Part shown: in pieces, positions 36,480 to 48,174 of the stretch | How positions within the stretch are numbered: the first letter of the stretch is position 1 | How the letters are laid out: every line of letters begins with the position of its first letter | DNA from: Octopus sinensis | Taxonomy: Eukaryota | Reading direction: 5' to 3' | NCBI RefSeq assembly: GCF_006345805.1 | Contig: NW_021832229.1 | Span: 62,001 to 126,000, forward strand | Length of the DNA: 64,000 nucleotides | Made by a program: the position numbers and the translations under genes | The notes under the pieces: model-generated | Databases searched by the model: none | What the model was told of the DNA's origin: nothing | Seen by the model: only the letters and a program-made list of their open reading frames with translations

Positions 36480-38698
36480 TCACCTACCAATCTGGTAGAC
36501 ATACTAGTCAAATTGACTACATCCTCACTAGGAAACAGGAAGACGACTACTTGTAAATGCCCAAACCTTCCCAGGTGAAGAATGTACCCCACAATATAGA
36601 TTAGTAGTTAGCGACTTCAGGATCAGGGCTAAATGGATGCCCAGAAGACGACCAGAATGGAGGAGAAGGGTCTGGAAGCTTAAGGATCCTGCAAAAAGAG
36701 ATTGAGAGACATATTACTCAAAGCTGTGGAAGACAACTGGAGTTTTCTACAGGACAAACTTTTGAGGGCTAGTGACCAGATCTGTGGATGGTGCAAAGTC
36801 TCCTCTCAACCCAAGGTAACGTGGTGGTGGAACAATGTTGTTGACAGGGCTAGTAAGGAAAAGAAACAGGCTTTAAAGGACTGGAAGACCGGTGATAGCA
36901 GGGAATTGTATCAGACTGCCAAAAGGGAAGCTAGGAGATAGGTTTATTTGGCCAGAGGGGAAGCAGATAAGGAAAATTTTGCCAATGTTCTGCGCCGTGA
37001 TGACCAAAGACTTGAAGTATTTCCCTGTTGCCGGACAGTGTGTGAGAGAGAATCACGATGTCCTAGGAGAGAAATGTGTCCTCATGGGTGACGGTTCACT
37101 TGCTGCAAAGAGACAGGTTTGGAGACGCCATTATGAAAGTTTGCTAAATAAAGTGAATGAATGTGAGAAAGAGAGTCTGCCGAATGCCGGCCCAACAGAG
37201 GGACCAGCTATCTATCTAAACTGACAGTGCCTTGGTAGGTAAAGCAATTAAGGGTATGAAGACAGGGAAAGCCCCCGGACAATCAGGAATCACCACAGAG
37301 ATGCTCAAACTATCTAGCGGTGTCGGCTATAGCCTACTCAACTAGGTGATACATGAAGGAGTCATACCCAATGACTGGTGTAGCAGCACCATAGTCAACT
37401 GCTAACAAAGGTAAAGGTGACGCATTAGATACAAATAATTACAGAGGTATCAAGTTGTTGTATCAGGTAATGAAAGTCACGGAGAGGGGCATAGCCCAAG
37501 TAATTAGGGAGAGAGGCAGTCTAGATGAGATGCAGTTTCGGTTCATGCCAGGGGAAAGCACCACTGATGCTATATTTCTGATAAGACAGATGCAGGAGAA
37601 ATAGCTAGTCCAAGATAAAACTCTGTACCTGGCTTTCATTGACAGGGTCCTCCGATCCCCTATCTGGTGGTCAATGAGGAGACTAGGGATGGATGAATGT
37701 TTGAGAGCTGTACAAGCCATGTACAGTAAGGTGATGGTTGGCAACGAGTACAGCGAAGAATATCGGGTAGGGGTAAGGGTCAACCTAAGATCAGTCCTCA
37801 GCCCCCTCTTATTCATTATAGTCCTCCAGGCAATAACAGAAGAATTCAAGACAGGCTGCTCCTCTATGACCTTGCACTAATAGCAGAGTCACTGCTGGAA
37901 CTGGAGCCAAAGGTTAGGGCGTGGAAGCAAAGTCTAGAATTGAATGGCCTTAGGGTTAACCTAGCCAAAACCAAAGTTTTAGTTAGTGTGCAGGCTGTCA
38001 AATCACAAACTCCTCTGTAGAAAAGGCACTGGTAGAAACTCCATACGATGCACCCGGTGTAAGCTATGGACACATAAAAGGTGCAGCAATATCAAAGGAA
38101 GGTTAACTGGGAAAATTATTTCTTGTGTGTGGCAGATGCAGTGGGGCAATAAACACTGAAGGTGTTCAGAAAACAGCTTCCATTACATGCCTGGGGAAGA
38201 AACTAGAAGTAATAAATACTTTCTACTACCTAGGCGACCAAGTATGTTGTGGGAGTGATTGTTCTGCGAGTGTAGCAACTAGAGTAATAATAGTCCGGGC
38301 AAATTCAGGGAGCTCCTACCTCTGCTGGCAGCTAAATGCCCCTCACTTAGGGGGAAAGGTGGACTGTATGATGCATGTGTGTGAACTGCCATGCTATAGA
38401 GTAGTGAAACATGGGCCATGAATGCCGAGGACATGCGTAAGCTTGCAGTATGCTTGAGTCAAGTAAAACCAATACCGTAGCTGGGGGCCGGTGACCCGCT
38501 AGCTGGCTCCTGTGCTGATGAGACATAAAGAACACCCACTACACTCTCAGAATAGTTGGCGTTAGGAAGGGCATTTAGATGTAGAAATTATGCTAGACTA
38601 GATTGGAGCCTGTTGCAGCAGCTGGCTCTCCAAGACTTCAATCAAACTGTCCAACCCATGCCATCATGGAAAACGGACGTTAATCGATGATGATGATG
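36480..38698 (+). mobile_element. RTE LINE copy 3, decayed, retaining the end of the APE domain
   Basis: TYQSGRHTSQIDYILTR at 36481, RT fragments, and the 3' tail plus (gat)n at 38540-38698. Confidence 0.9.
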
Positions 38699-39229
38699 AC
38701 AACGACGATAATTATATTAGTAATAAAGTTGGGTGCAGACAAGCAATTTGTAGTAGAGAGCAATAGCGTTTGGAGCGAGCAAAGAGTTGGCGACGCGATC
38801 GATCAAAAAGCTGTCATCTCGGCGGCGATATCGCCCGTGAGTGTGTGTCCGGTAGCGTACGTAACACACGGACGCATCACGTTTATGCACGTGGCTAAGG
38901 CAGCTATTACTCTCTAATAATCGCTTGCTTTTTATTTACTTAAGGCATTCTTCACTTCGGCATACTGAGCAGAGATCGCATCGCATTCATGCACGCATTA
39001 GCTGTCTATCACCGCCTTAGCTATCACAAACAAACACAAGTTCATGTATGATATTAATCTTTCTTCTACTTCAATTATTACATGGTTTTCTCTTATAAAA
39101 ATACACACATACAGGAGAAGTAAATTATACATATAATACTTTAAATGTGGCTCTCGATAAGCAGTCAAAGTAATTACCTGATCAACAATGGGTTTTACTG
39201 CTAGTATATATGTATACTAGCAGTATACA

Positions 39230-40837
39230 GGTGACCAAATCTGATTTTCTACCTTGCAGTTAAGCAGATTCACTGTTTTAAAAATATCACTCAAGTATAA
39301 TATTTTTTTTAAACTCAGAAAGTCTTTCCAAAATTTTATTAGCTGTATCAGTTTGTCTTGGAGTTGTAATGAGTCATCTGACTCTTGAACATGAGAAAGT
39401 GGATTAATGGCTCCTACAAATTCACTAGTCTTTCAAGGCTCATGCCTTTTGACCCATCTTACTTCTGTGTGAAGCAAAAGGGTTTTAAAATCTTCATCTT
39501 CACAGAATTGCATAAAAAATCTATTATTCACAGAGTTTGATTTGACAATGTTATTTGTATGTATGGAAGTGTTGAGTGCATTTTCCATGTGTCCTCCAAT
39601 ATTCTTAGCAACCACATGCTGTCTGTGGATAATGCAACATATATTTAAAATGTGAGGAGCAACCGATTTCATTCTAGAAATAAAGCCTTTCACTTTTCCA
39701 GTCATGGCTGCAGCTCCATATGATGCAGTGTTGATCAAATTAGTCGATGGAATATTTTTATCATTAAAATACTGCATTACTTCATTGAATATATCTTCTC
39801 CATTAGTTGTTTCAAAAAAAACTTTTAATGAATAACATTTCTTCCCTTATATCATCTTCATGGTTGAATCTGACATAGACCAGAAGGATAACTTGGTTAT
39901 GAATTGTGCTATCATCAACCTGGATAGAAAAATTGGTCGTTCGGTGAATTTCCACAATCTTCTTTCTCCTCAACAAAATTAGACATTTCATCCTGTCTTC
40001 TTGTAATTGTGTTATTTGAAAGTGGAATTGTACTCAGAGTAGGTTCAGCATCTTTTCCCAGAACCTCATTTGCACAAGCTATCATAGCAGGCTTGACAAG
40101 ATTCTCACCTTAAATCTGAGGTGCTGCAACCTTGGCAATAATTTCAGAAACCAAATAACTTGGTTTGAGTATCTTTACTTTTTCAATATTTATCTTCTTT
40201 ACAAAGTCAGGTAGTTTGATTAGCTGTATTTTCTTTTTATTCTCAAAATATTCCCGGCCTTTACCAACAGATGATGGATGCCTTAATTTCTGGTGCTGCT
40301 CCAGCTTAACTTTCTTCATGGAATAATTTGTCATGATGGCATTATATTCAAGATACATATGTTTTGAGTCAACAGATACAAAACCAAACACGATAAAATC
40401 TTCTTTGCATTTCTTCAGTTTTGCCTTTTTAGCAGTTGGTTCAGTTATTATTACAACTGATCATACAAAAAATAAAAATAATAAATATTTTATTTCTATA
40501 AATTTAAAGTATCAAATTTATTATTAAACAATATTATGTAGTGATCTATTAAAAATATCGAATTTATTATGAAACTGTTGTGATTATAAAATTTAAATTA
40601 TGTAGTTCTTGATTATAATATATCATTGATTATATATTATACATTATTGATTCTTATGGAATAATTATTGAATTTTGTTTTCTTATTATTATTCTGTCTT
40701 CATATAAATTATTATTAACTAACAGTGTCTTTATTATCGAACAATATTGTGTAGATCTGAAATGGCTTCAATTTTTTACGGCTACGAATTCTCTGGGGAC
40801 CACTGGTAGGTTCCAGGGACCACATTGGGAATCACTG
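39230..40837 (-). mobile_element. hAT (Buster/Charlie-type) transposon remnant
   Basis: CIIHRQ, LLLHTEVRW and LYLSDIF motifs. Terminus CAGTGATTCCCAATGTGGTCC at 40837, flanked by cttTAaac. The other end was not found. Confidence 0.85.
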
Positions 40838-41119
40838 CTTTAAACAATACTGGATGAAATGAATATTGAAATTATTTACAAATTTTGTTATTACATGAAA
40901 CATGTTATAATTTACAAGTTCCAGTAGAATATGTGACAAAGATAATATTCCTAGCTGAACTTATCCCCTTTAATTTTCTTGTACCAGAAACTTCCAACCC
41001 CAGCCAATATTAACGCCAGATAACTTACGCAGGACATTTTCATAATAAAGAAGAAAAAATTAAAAGGCTTTCATCTTTTTCTTTTAAACAAAAGAATTTT
41101 TATAAAGATATATATAAAG

Positions 41120-41280
41120 GATAGCTTTGTGGTTGAAAAATTTGCTTCACACCCATGGGTTTCTGGGTTCAATTATGCTGTATGGTATATTGGGTAAGTG
41201 TCTTTTACTGTAGTCTTAGGTTGATCAATGTCATGTGAGTCAAATTGGGAGAATGATTCTATGAAGAAGCCCGCAAGATG
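41120..41280 (+). mobile_element. Decayed SINE 5' half
   Basis: tgggtaagtgtcttttactgtagtc...gaagaagcccg resembles 1185-1268. Confidence 0.55.
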
Positions 41281-42097
41281 TGTTTGTGTGTATGTGTGTG
41301 TGTTCATTTACATGTTTACTACTCTAGTATACTAGGCTATCAAAGGTTACTTTCAATGAACAAGCATCGTTAAAATGGGACCCTGCCCTATGTTTGAAAT
41401 TATCTCTAATATTGATAGGGTCAATGAAAGACACCCAAATACAGTGCCTGAGCATGGTCATAGCACACTGACTGAAATTAATAAAAGAAGAAACAATTCT
41501 AGGTTTCAAAACATTTTTTAATGATAAACATCCAAATGTAAAGACAATGTTAAATGACTTTTCTCGGTGTAAATGTATGCATACATGCATAAATGGAATT
41601 TCCTTCTAAGTAGAAGTTCACCCGAAACAAAAGTCATGGAATTTATTAGGATGAATATTCTTTGGGTGGGAGATCAGAATAAATAAAAGAATGCAAGTGA
41701 ATGTGTCATGTAAAGTGGGATAAGTGGGTTGGTGAGGTGCACAGCTGCCTTCAGAAACAACAGTAAAAAATCTTTGGTTTCATAATGGTTGAATCATTCG
41801 CCCAAAACAATGAGATTTTTGTTTCTTTTTTAAGACATGTAATAGTAGACATGTAGTGGGGGAATATTTATATTGATAGGAATCATTAATTAACAAGAAA
41901 ATAATTATACATACACACACACATATATATATACATATATATACAAAATGAGAAAATGGAGAAATATATCCAAATCAATCATCAACCATCAGATAATACC
42001 GAATCAATACTTTATTAAACCACTACACAATAGCAATGATATTATACATTAATATAGTGCAAATATAACAAGACATAGAAATACATTTACATTGTAG

Positions 42098-42206
42098 CTG
42101 ACAGCTGTTTCGGCCATGAAAACAGGTATGTCCCATTTAACCTATTAGCCATATAAAGCAGGTATAAATGAGACATTAACAAGAATATCTCACGGCCTCT
42201 TCAGAG
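42098..42206 (-). ncRNA. Hammerhead motif with long stem II insertion
   Basis: CTGAAGA (42204-42198), GGCC...GGCC stem II, GAAA, palindromic ACAGCTGT and GUC site. Stem I is only 2 bp. Confidence 0.6.
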
Positions 42207-42279
42207 AATTTAATGCAAGTATGAAAAAAATTTACATATAAATATAAATATGTGTGCATACACACTCATATTCTTACAT

Positions 42280-43370
42280 CATCATCATCATCATCGTTTA
42301 ACGTCCGTTCTCCATGCTAGCATGGGTTGGACGGTTCGACCAGGGTTCTGGGAAGCCAGAAGGCTGCACCAGGCTCCAGTCTAATCTGGCAATGTTTCTA
42401 CAGCTGGATGCCCTTCCTAACGCCAACCACTCCGTGAGTGTAGTGGGTGCTTTTTACGTGCCACCTGCACAGGTGCCAGGCGGGGCTGGCAACGGCCACG
42501 GTCAGATTGGTGTATTTTATGTGCCACCGGCACGGAAGCCAGTCGAGGCGGTGCTGGCATCGGCCACGAGTCGGAGAGTGCTTTTTACGTACCACCAGAC
42601 CAGGGATCCTGGCTGGTTCAATTCGATTTCGATTTCGCTTGCCCCAACATGTCTTCACAAGCAAAGGGGGTTGGCATGGGTGCCTGTCGTACGGTCGCAT
42701 TGGAGTATTTTACGTGCCACGGCCGCGAGTCAGATAGTGCTTTTTACGTACCACCAGACCAGGGATCCTGGCTGGTTTAATTCGATTTCGATTTCGCTTG
42801 CCCCAACATGTCTTCACAAGCAAAGGGGGGTTGGCATGGGTGCCTGTCGTACGGTCGCATTGAAGTATTTTACGTGCCACGGCCACGAGTCGGATAGTGC
42901 TTTTTACGTACCACCAGGCCAGGGATCCTGGCTGGTTCAATTCGGTTTCGATTTCGATTGCCCCAACATGTCTTCGCAAGCATGGGGGGTTGGCATGGGT
43001 GTCTGTCGTCGGGTGAGGTTCTATATCGACTTCGCTTGCCTCAACCGGTCTTTGCGTCCAAGGGAGGAAAGGCATTCATAAGTGGGCTGGGCTCACTTGT
43101 CCTGCCTGGTCTTCTCACGTACAGAATATTTCCAAAGGTCTCGGTCGCTGGTCATTTCCTCAGTGAGGCCTAAAGTTCGAAGGTCGTGCTTCACCACCTC
43201 GTCCCAGGTTTTCCTGGGTCTACCTCTTCCACGGGTTCCCTCAACTGCTAGGGATTGGCACTTTCTCACACACCCATCTTCATCCATTCTCGCCACATGA
43301 CCATACCAGCGCAATCGTCTCTCTTGCACACCACAACTGATGCTTCTTAGGTACAACATTTCTCTCATAT
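42280..43370 (-). mobile_element. RTE 3' fragment with ~160-bp x3 UTR array
   Basis: (atc)n tail and ORF end QERRLRWYGHV...REKTRQDK*. Repeats anchored at 42591, 42750 and 42910. Confidence 0.9.
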
Positions 43371-43934
43371 ATATACACAATAACACAATATAAACAATAT
43401 AGATCAATATACATCAACAAACACAATAATGTTCCATATTGAACTCCACAGTTCCATAACCAACATCAAGAAACCACAACATGTACACTCACACTCAAAG
43501 CAGGCATATATATTGAACAGTCCAATATATTAAAATGTGCCATTTCACAAAAAGTCAATAAAATTAATATCACAACGACTGATACATATATATTTCAATC
43601 ATATATATACATATATCATATGTATATATACATATAAATATCATCAAATGCATGTATGTATCTGAATATGTCTTGTTTGATTTACATGTTTTTCAAGTCA
43701 AGTATGTTTTAAATTAAAAAATGATTGAAGTATTCTTTCACAACCAGATGCCTTTCCTGTCATTAACACTTGACTGTGTTTTAAATAAGGAATCTCTTAA
43801 TTACACATGTCTTGAAAGGCTTGAAGTAAGCAGACAATTTGTCAACCAGAGAAATGACAACAGCAAACCTTGTAGCTTGCAACTTTTATAGAGCACAAAC
43901 ATAAACAGATATACACACATATTATATAGATAGA

Positions 43935-44065
43935 TTTCTTACAGGTTCCATCTATCAAATTCACTCACAAGGATTTGGTCAATCTTGGCTATCATAAGTG
44001 ATACTTGGCGAAGTTGCCATGCACTGGGACTGAACTCAAAACCATATGATTAAGAAGGGAACTAC
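43935..44065 (-). mobile_element. Decayed SINE 5' half
   Basis: Reverse-complement similarity to 1134-1265. Confidence 0.55.
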
Positions 44066-44446
44066 GTGCCTGTGCCTTCTATCAGTCTTTCTGTACATAT
44101 GCATGCGTGCATACATATATATATATATATATACACACACATATAGTATGTAGATAGGGTTGTAATCGAAGCCGTGTCCTCGTGAAGCACACCTGTATAT
44201 TCCAGTATGCCAATATTGTATGTAGATGTTATAATTGTGTGAGGTATGTATAAGAGTAGAAAAATATTGGAAAATAATATTTGCAGAGTAATTACGCATC
44301 AAAACAGTAGACTGGAAAATATTTTTAGCATTATTTATTCACCATTGCACATGTTTCATTTGCTAGTACGAGTTAGAATATTATACATGTAAGAGAAAAT
44401 TATAAAATATCTCTTATTAAAAACTCCTCAGACAGCGAATCAATTA

Positions 44447-45708
44447 TCAGATTGAATAAAAAATAAGCAACGTTTTGAACCATGAAGAATTTGTACCAGA
44501 TTTTTGCAGGGTTTTGAATTTTTGTTAAACATTTTTTTGCAGTTGTCTGATAATACAGATATAAACTTACCCAAATGCATCAATAAATTAACATTTATAT
44601 TTTTTTTCCCCATTCTTACAATCATCTGAAAGGGAACTGTGAAAGTGCGATATTTGAGCAGTTTTGCAATTCAACTTCAAAAAAGGATGTAAAGCAGCTA
44701 AAACTGTTCATGATATCAATGAAACATTTGGTGGGGAAACGACCAGTGAGAGGTCAGCTTGAAAATGGTTTAAATGATTTTGCAAATTGTGAGCATTATG
44801 GACGCCCATCTGTCATCGATGACAGTCAAGTAGAGACTGTCATTGAGAAAGATCCATATAAAACCACTTGAGAACTGGCAAAAGAACTGTTTTAAAAATA
44901 TCACTCAAGTATAATATTTTTTTTAAACTCAGAAAACTGCCTGCAACCATTTTCATGCAATCAGAAAATCAAAAAAGCTCGACAAATTTGAATGAAAATC
45001 AGAAAATGCTTATTGCTTCTTCTCCGCAACCAGACCAATCCATTTCTTGACCATATTGTAACTTGCAATGAAAAGTAGATTCTGTACAATAAAAAACGTT
45101 CTTTGCAGTGGTTGGAGAAAAATGAAGCACCGAAAACCTTCCCTAAACCCAAGCTCTTCAAAAAGAAGGTTATGGTGACTGCTTGGTGGTGTACTTTTTG
45201 AATCATCCATTATAACTTTTTAAAATCTGGAAAAAACATTACTGCAGAAACATTGTCATGAAATTGCCAAAATGAAAGAAAAACCGCTACTCCTCTGTCC
45301 CAGACTGGTCAACAGAAGAGGGCCAATCATTCTTCATAACAATGCTCGACCATAAATTTCACTAATGATGCTCCAAAAGTTGAAGGAACTTGGCTATGAA
45401 TTTCTTCCCCACCCAGCTTATTCCCCAGACCTTTCTCCTACCGACTACCACTTTTTCAAGCACCTTGATGGTTTCCTGAAAGAGAAGGAGTTCCAAAATC
45501 AAACTGATGCTGAAACTGTGTTCAAAGAGTTCATCAGCTCCAGAACTCCAGATTTTTATGCTACCAGAATAAACAAACTTGTAACTCATTGGCACAAATG
45601 TGTTGATTGTAATGGTACTTACTTTGATGAATAAAATTTCCACATTGCTGAAATATATTGTGATGAATTTCATGTTTCAAAACGTTGCTTACTTTTTACT
45701 CAGCATGA
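44447..45708 (+). mobile_element. Full-length decayed mariner
   Basis: Imperfect TIRs (...aaaataagcaacgttttgaa / ttcaaaacgttgcttacttttt...), TA flanks at 44445-46 and 45709-10, and HPAYSPDLSPTDYHFF in ORF 45365..45634. Confidence 0.9.
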
Positions 45709-46058
45709 TAATACTCTCTGATTTTCTGTCTGAAGACTTTCTAACAGAAGATATCTTACATGTTTCTCTGTTAAATACAATTTTGTAACCCCTATTAGTA
45801 AATGAAATATGTGTAATGGTGAATAAATAATACCAAAAATTTTTTCTTATCTCCTGTTTTGATATATGTATATGTTATATTATATACAAGATATACTATA
45901 TTATCATTAATTGATGGATGCAAAGAAATAAGAAACTTGAAGTAGTCAACTCCAAAATATAGTTGGGGTAGGTAGAGTGGGGAAGTAAATGTCAATAAGA
46001 ACTAACTCAGTCTTGCCAAACAGATGCCAGGACCAAAAAGTGATGATGATCATGATCA

Positions 46059-46106
<48 letters not shown>

Positions 46107-46199
46107 GTATATATACATGTGTGTGTGTGTATATATATATGATAATATGGCGTAAAAGAAAGAAAATGGTAAATCTAGTTGAGTTCTTCATAAAGATAA

Positions 46200-46395
46200 C
46201 ATGGATGCCACTCAAGCTCAAAAGATTGGCTGTTATGAAAACCTCCTGGAGGAATGTGAAGTGACTATTGCCATCATTGATTTAATTCATCGTAAAGCAA
46301 ATACCACTAGGAGTAATATCCAAACTACACTGGAGAGGGCAAACCACTGGATTTGGTTAGAAAGCAACAATGAGCAATGGCTAGAAGAATATTGA
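46200..46395 (+). pseudogene. C-terminal remnant of a REL-endonuclease non-LTR element (NeSL/HERO-like)
   Basis: YENLLEEC...TLERANHWIWLES...W resembles the terminal AERASxWLW motif. Confidence 0.45.
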
Positions 46396-46619
46396 GTGAA
46401 ACCTGATGACCAGTTGATCTAGCAAGCAGGGTCTCATTTCAGTGAGGGGTGCCCAATGATGCTGTCAAGAGATAGGTCCCGAAATGGCAGGTATTCTCTC
46501 CTAATGGCCCCATAAACTTGCTATCATCTGGTATGCAGAGCTTTCAACAGGTAACACTTGCATCTGCATGTGTTTGCAAAAAAATATTTAAAAATATATA
46601 TTCGACCCTGTGCTTGAGG

Positions 46620-46995
46620 AAACCTATTGAGTCAAGTACATCAACATCAAAATCAATGGAAATTGTAGTTGTGATCCCTGTGCCGGTGGCATGTCAAAAG
46701 CACTGTCTGGATGTGGCCAATGCCAGCGCCGCCTTCACTGACTTCCATGCTGGTGGCATGTAAAAACCACCAATCCAATCGTGGCCATTGCCAGCCTCGC
46801 CTGGCACCTGTGCCAGTGGCACATAAAATGTACCCACTACACTCACGGAGTGGTTGGCATTATGAAGGGCATCCAGCTGTAGAAACACTGCCAGATCAGA
46901 CTGGAGCCTGGTGCAGCCTTCTGGGATCCCAGATCCCGGTTGAACCGTCCAACCCATGCTAGCATGGAAAACGGACATTAAACGATGATGATGAT
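46620..46995 (+). mobile_element. RTE 3' UTR-only stub with three modules
   Basis: gtgccggtggcatg... modules, conserved tail and (gat)n. Confidence 0.88.
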
Positions 46996-47720
46996 ATTCA
47001 TGATCCGCATTATCATCACTTTTCTATGCTGGCATTAGTTGGGCAGAACTGAGCCAGTACCTCCACCTCCACTCCCAACTGAATTGCAGGACTACATTTT
47101 GTTCATACTTTCTCTTTGCAACATAAGTTTCTGTGTCTGGATTTAACACCAACCACCTTACAAAAAATGTATTTGTGTGTGTGAGGGTGTAGTTAGTATA
47201 ACAAATAGGAGAAAAACTATTCAATAATATAGTAGGGGGTAACATATTTTAGTTGATCCAGTAGCATCATAGACAATGTCTTTGTGTTTGTCCCTATCCC
47301 AAATTAACAATTGGTGTTGTTTTGTTTATGTCCTTGCAACTTCACAGTTTAGCAAACAACACTGATAAATAACAAACTTAAAAATATGTAGTGGGCGCAA
47401 TTAGTTTCACTAAACCTTTTAAGGTGGTGCCACAGTTCAATAACTGAAACAAGTAAAAGAGGTAATGTATGAATGTGTATATATAAGAACTACACATACA
47501 AACCTATCTAGATAGAATAACAAAAAGAGAGGAGAGACACAGGCAGTAATAGAGAAGCTAGTTATATTAGTCAGCAATTGTTAGACTTTTTGAGAAAATC
47601 TAAAATATATAAGTTTAGTTGTATGTCTGTATCCAACAATGTATATTATTCTCAGACTTGCACATTATTTGAAATACAAAAAGGTCACAAATTTCCAGAA
47701 CTTTCACATATATTGCTCAG

Positions 47721-47790
47721 ACAAAACTTGGCTGAGTGACCCAAGTGTCTTATGTTCAGCAATCTTCCATTTATTAGACAAGACAAACAT
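47721..47790 (+). CDS. Candidate host exon (KTWLSDPSVLCSAIFHLLDKTN)
   Basis: ttgctcAG acceptor, 70 nt open, AT|GTAAGC donor, in unique sequence. Protein not recognised. Confidence 0.4.
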
Positions 47791-47980
47791 GTAAGCACTG
47801 AGGTGCGACTGGCGCCTTTATTTATGATACTGAGAATGATGGATTTTGGTTCAAATAAGAATGCAATTATTTTGTTTCACATTGTTACAGTAGTTTGTTT
47901 TAATATTAAAAGTGATGTAATTCAATTTAAAAGATCTCTGATATCACTGTAAAAAACCAGTGTTCAATTCTTGTTTCATC

Positions 47981-48174
47981 TTAACTCCTTAACATTCAGA
48001 TTGTTTATTCACATTGCTTTGAATTAATCATGCATTACCTGTAGCCTTGAGATTTAATTGATCTGATTGCTTATTTTTAGATTGACTTTCTAGAGGCCAG
48101 GCCTGACCGGTTTGAACATAAAACAGGTAGAATATTTGGGCCAGATATGGCCGGTTTAAATGCTAAAAGGAGAA
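47981..48174. mobile_element. Decayed TTAA-type (piggyBac-like) MITE
   Basis: Ends ttaactccttaacatt / aatgctaaaaggagaa are imperfect inverted repeats. Confidence 0.45.

Noticed and set aside
39130-39165. ctttaaat as the second hAT TSD
   Set aside because: 7/8 match to ctttaaac, but no terminal inverted repeat follows.
41364-41501. Possible plus-strand exon (MGPCPMFEIISNIDRV...)
   Set aside because: Both splice sites are weak and there is no supporting homology.
46403-46500. CTGATGA...CGAAA as a hammerhead
   Set aside because: Stems I and III cannot be formed.
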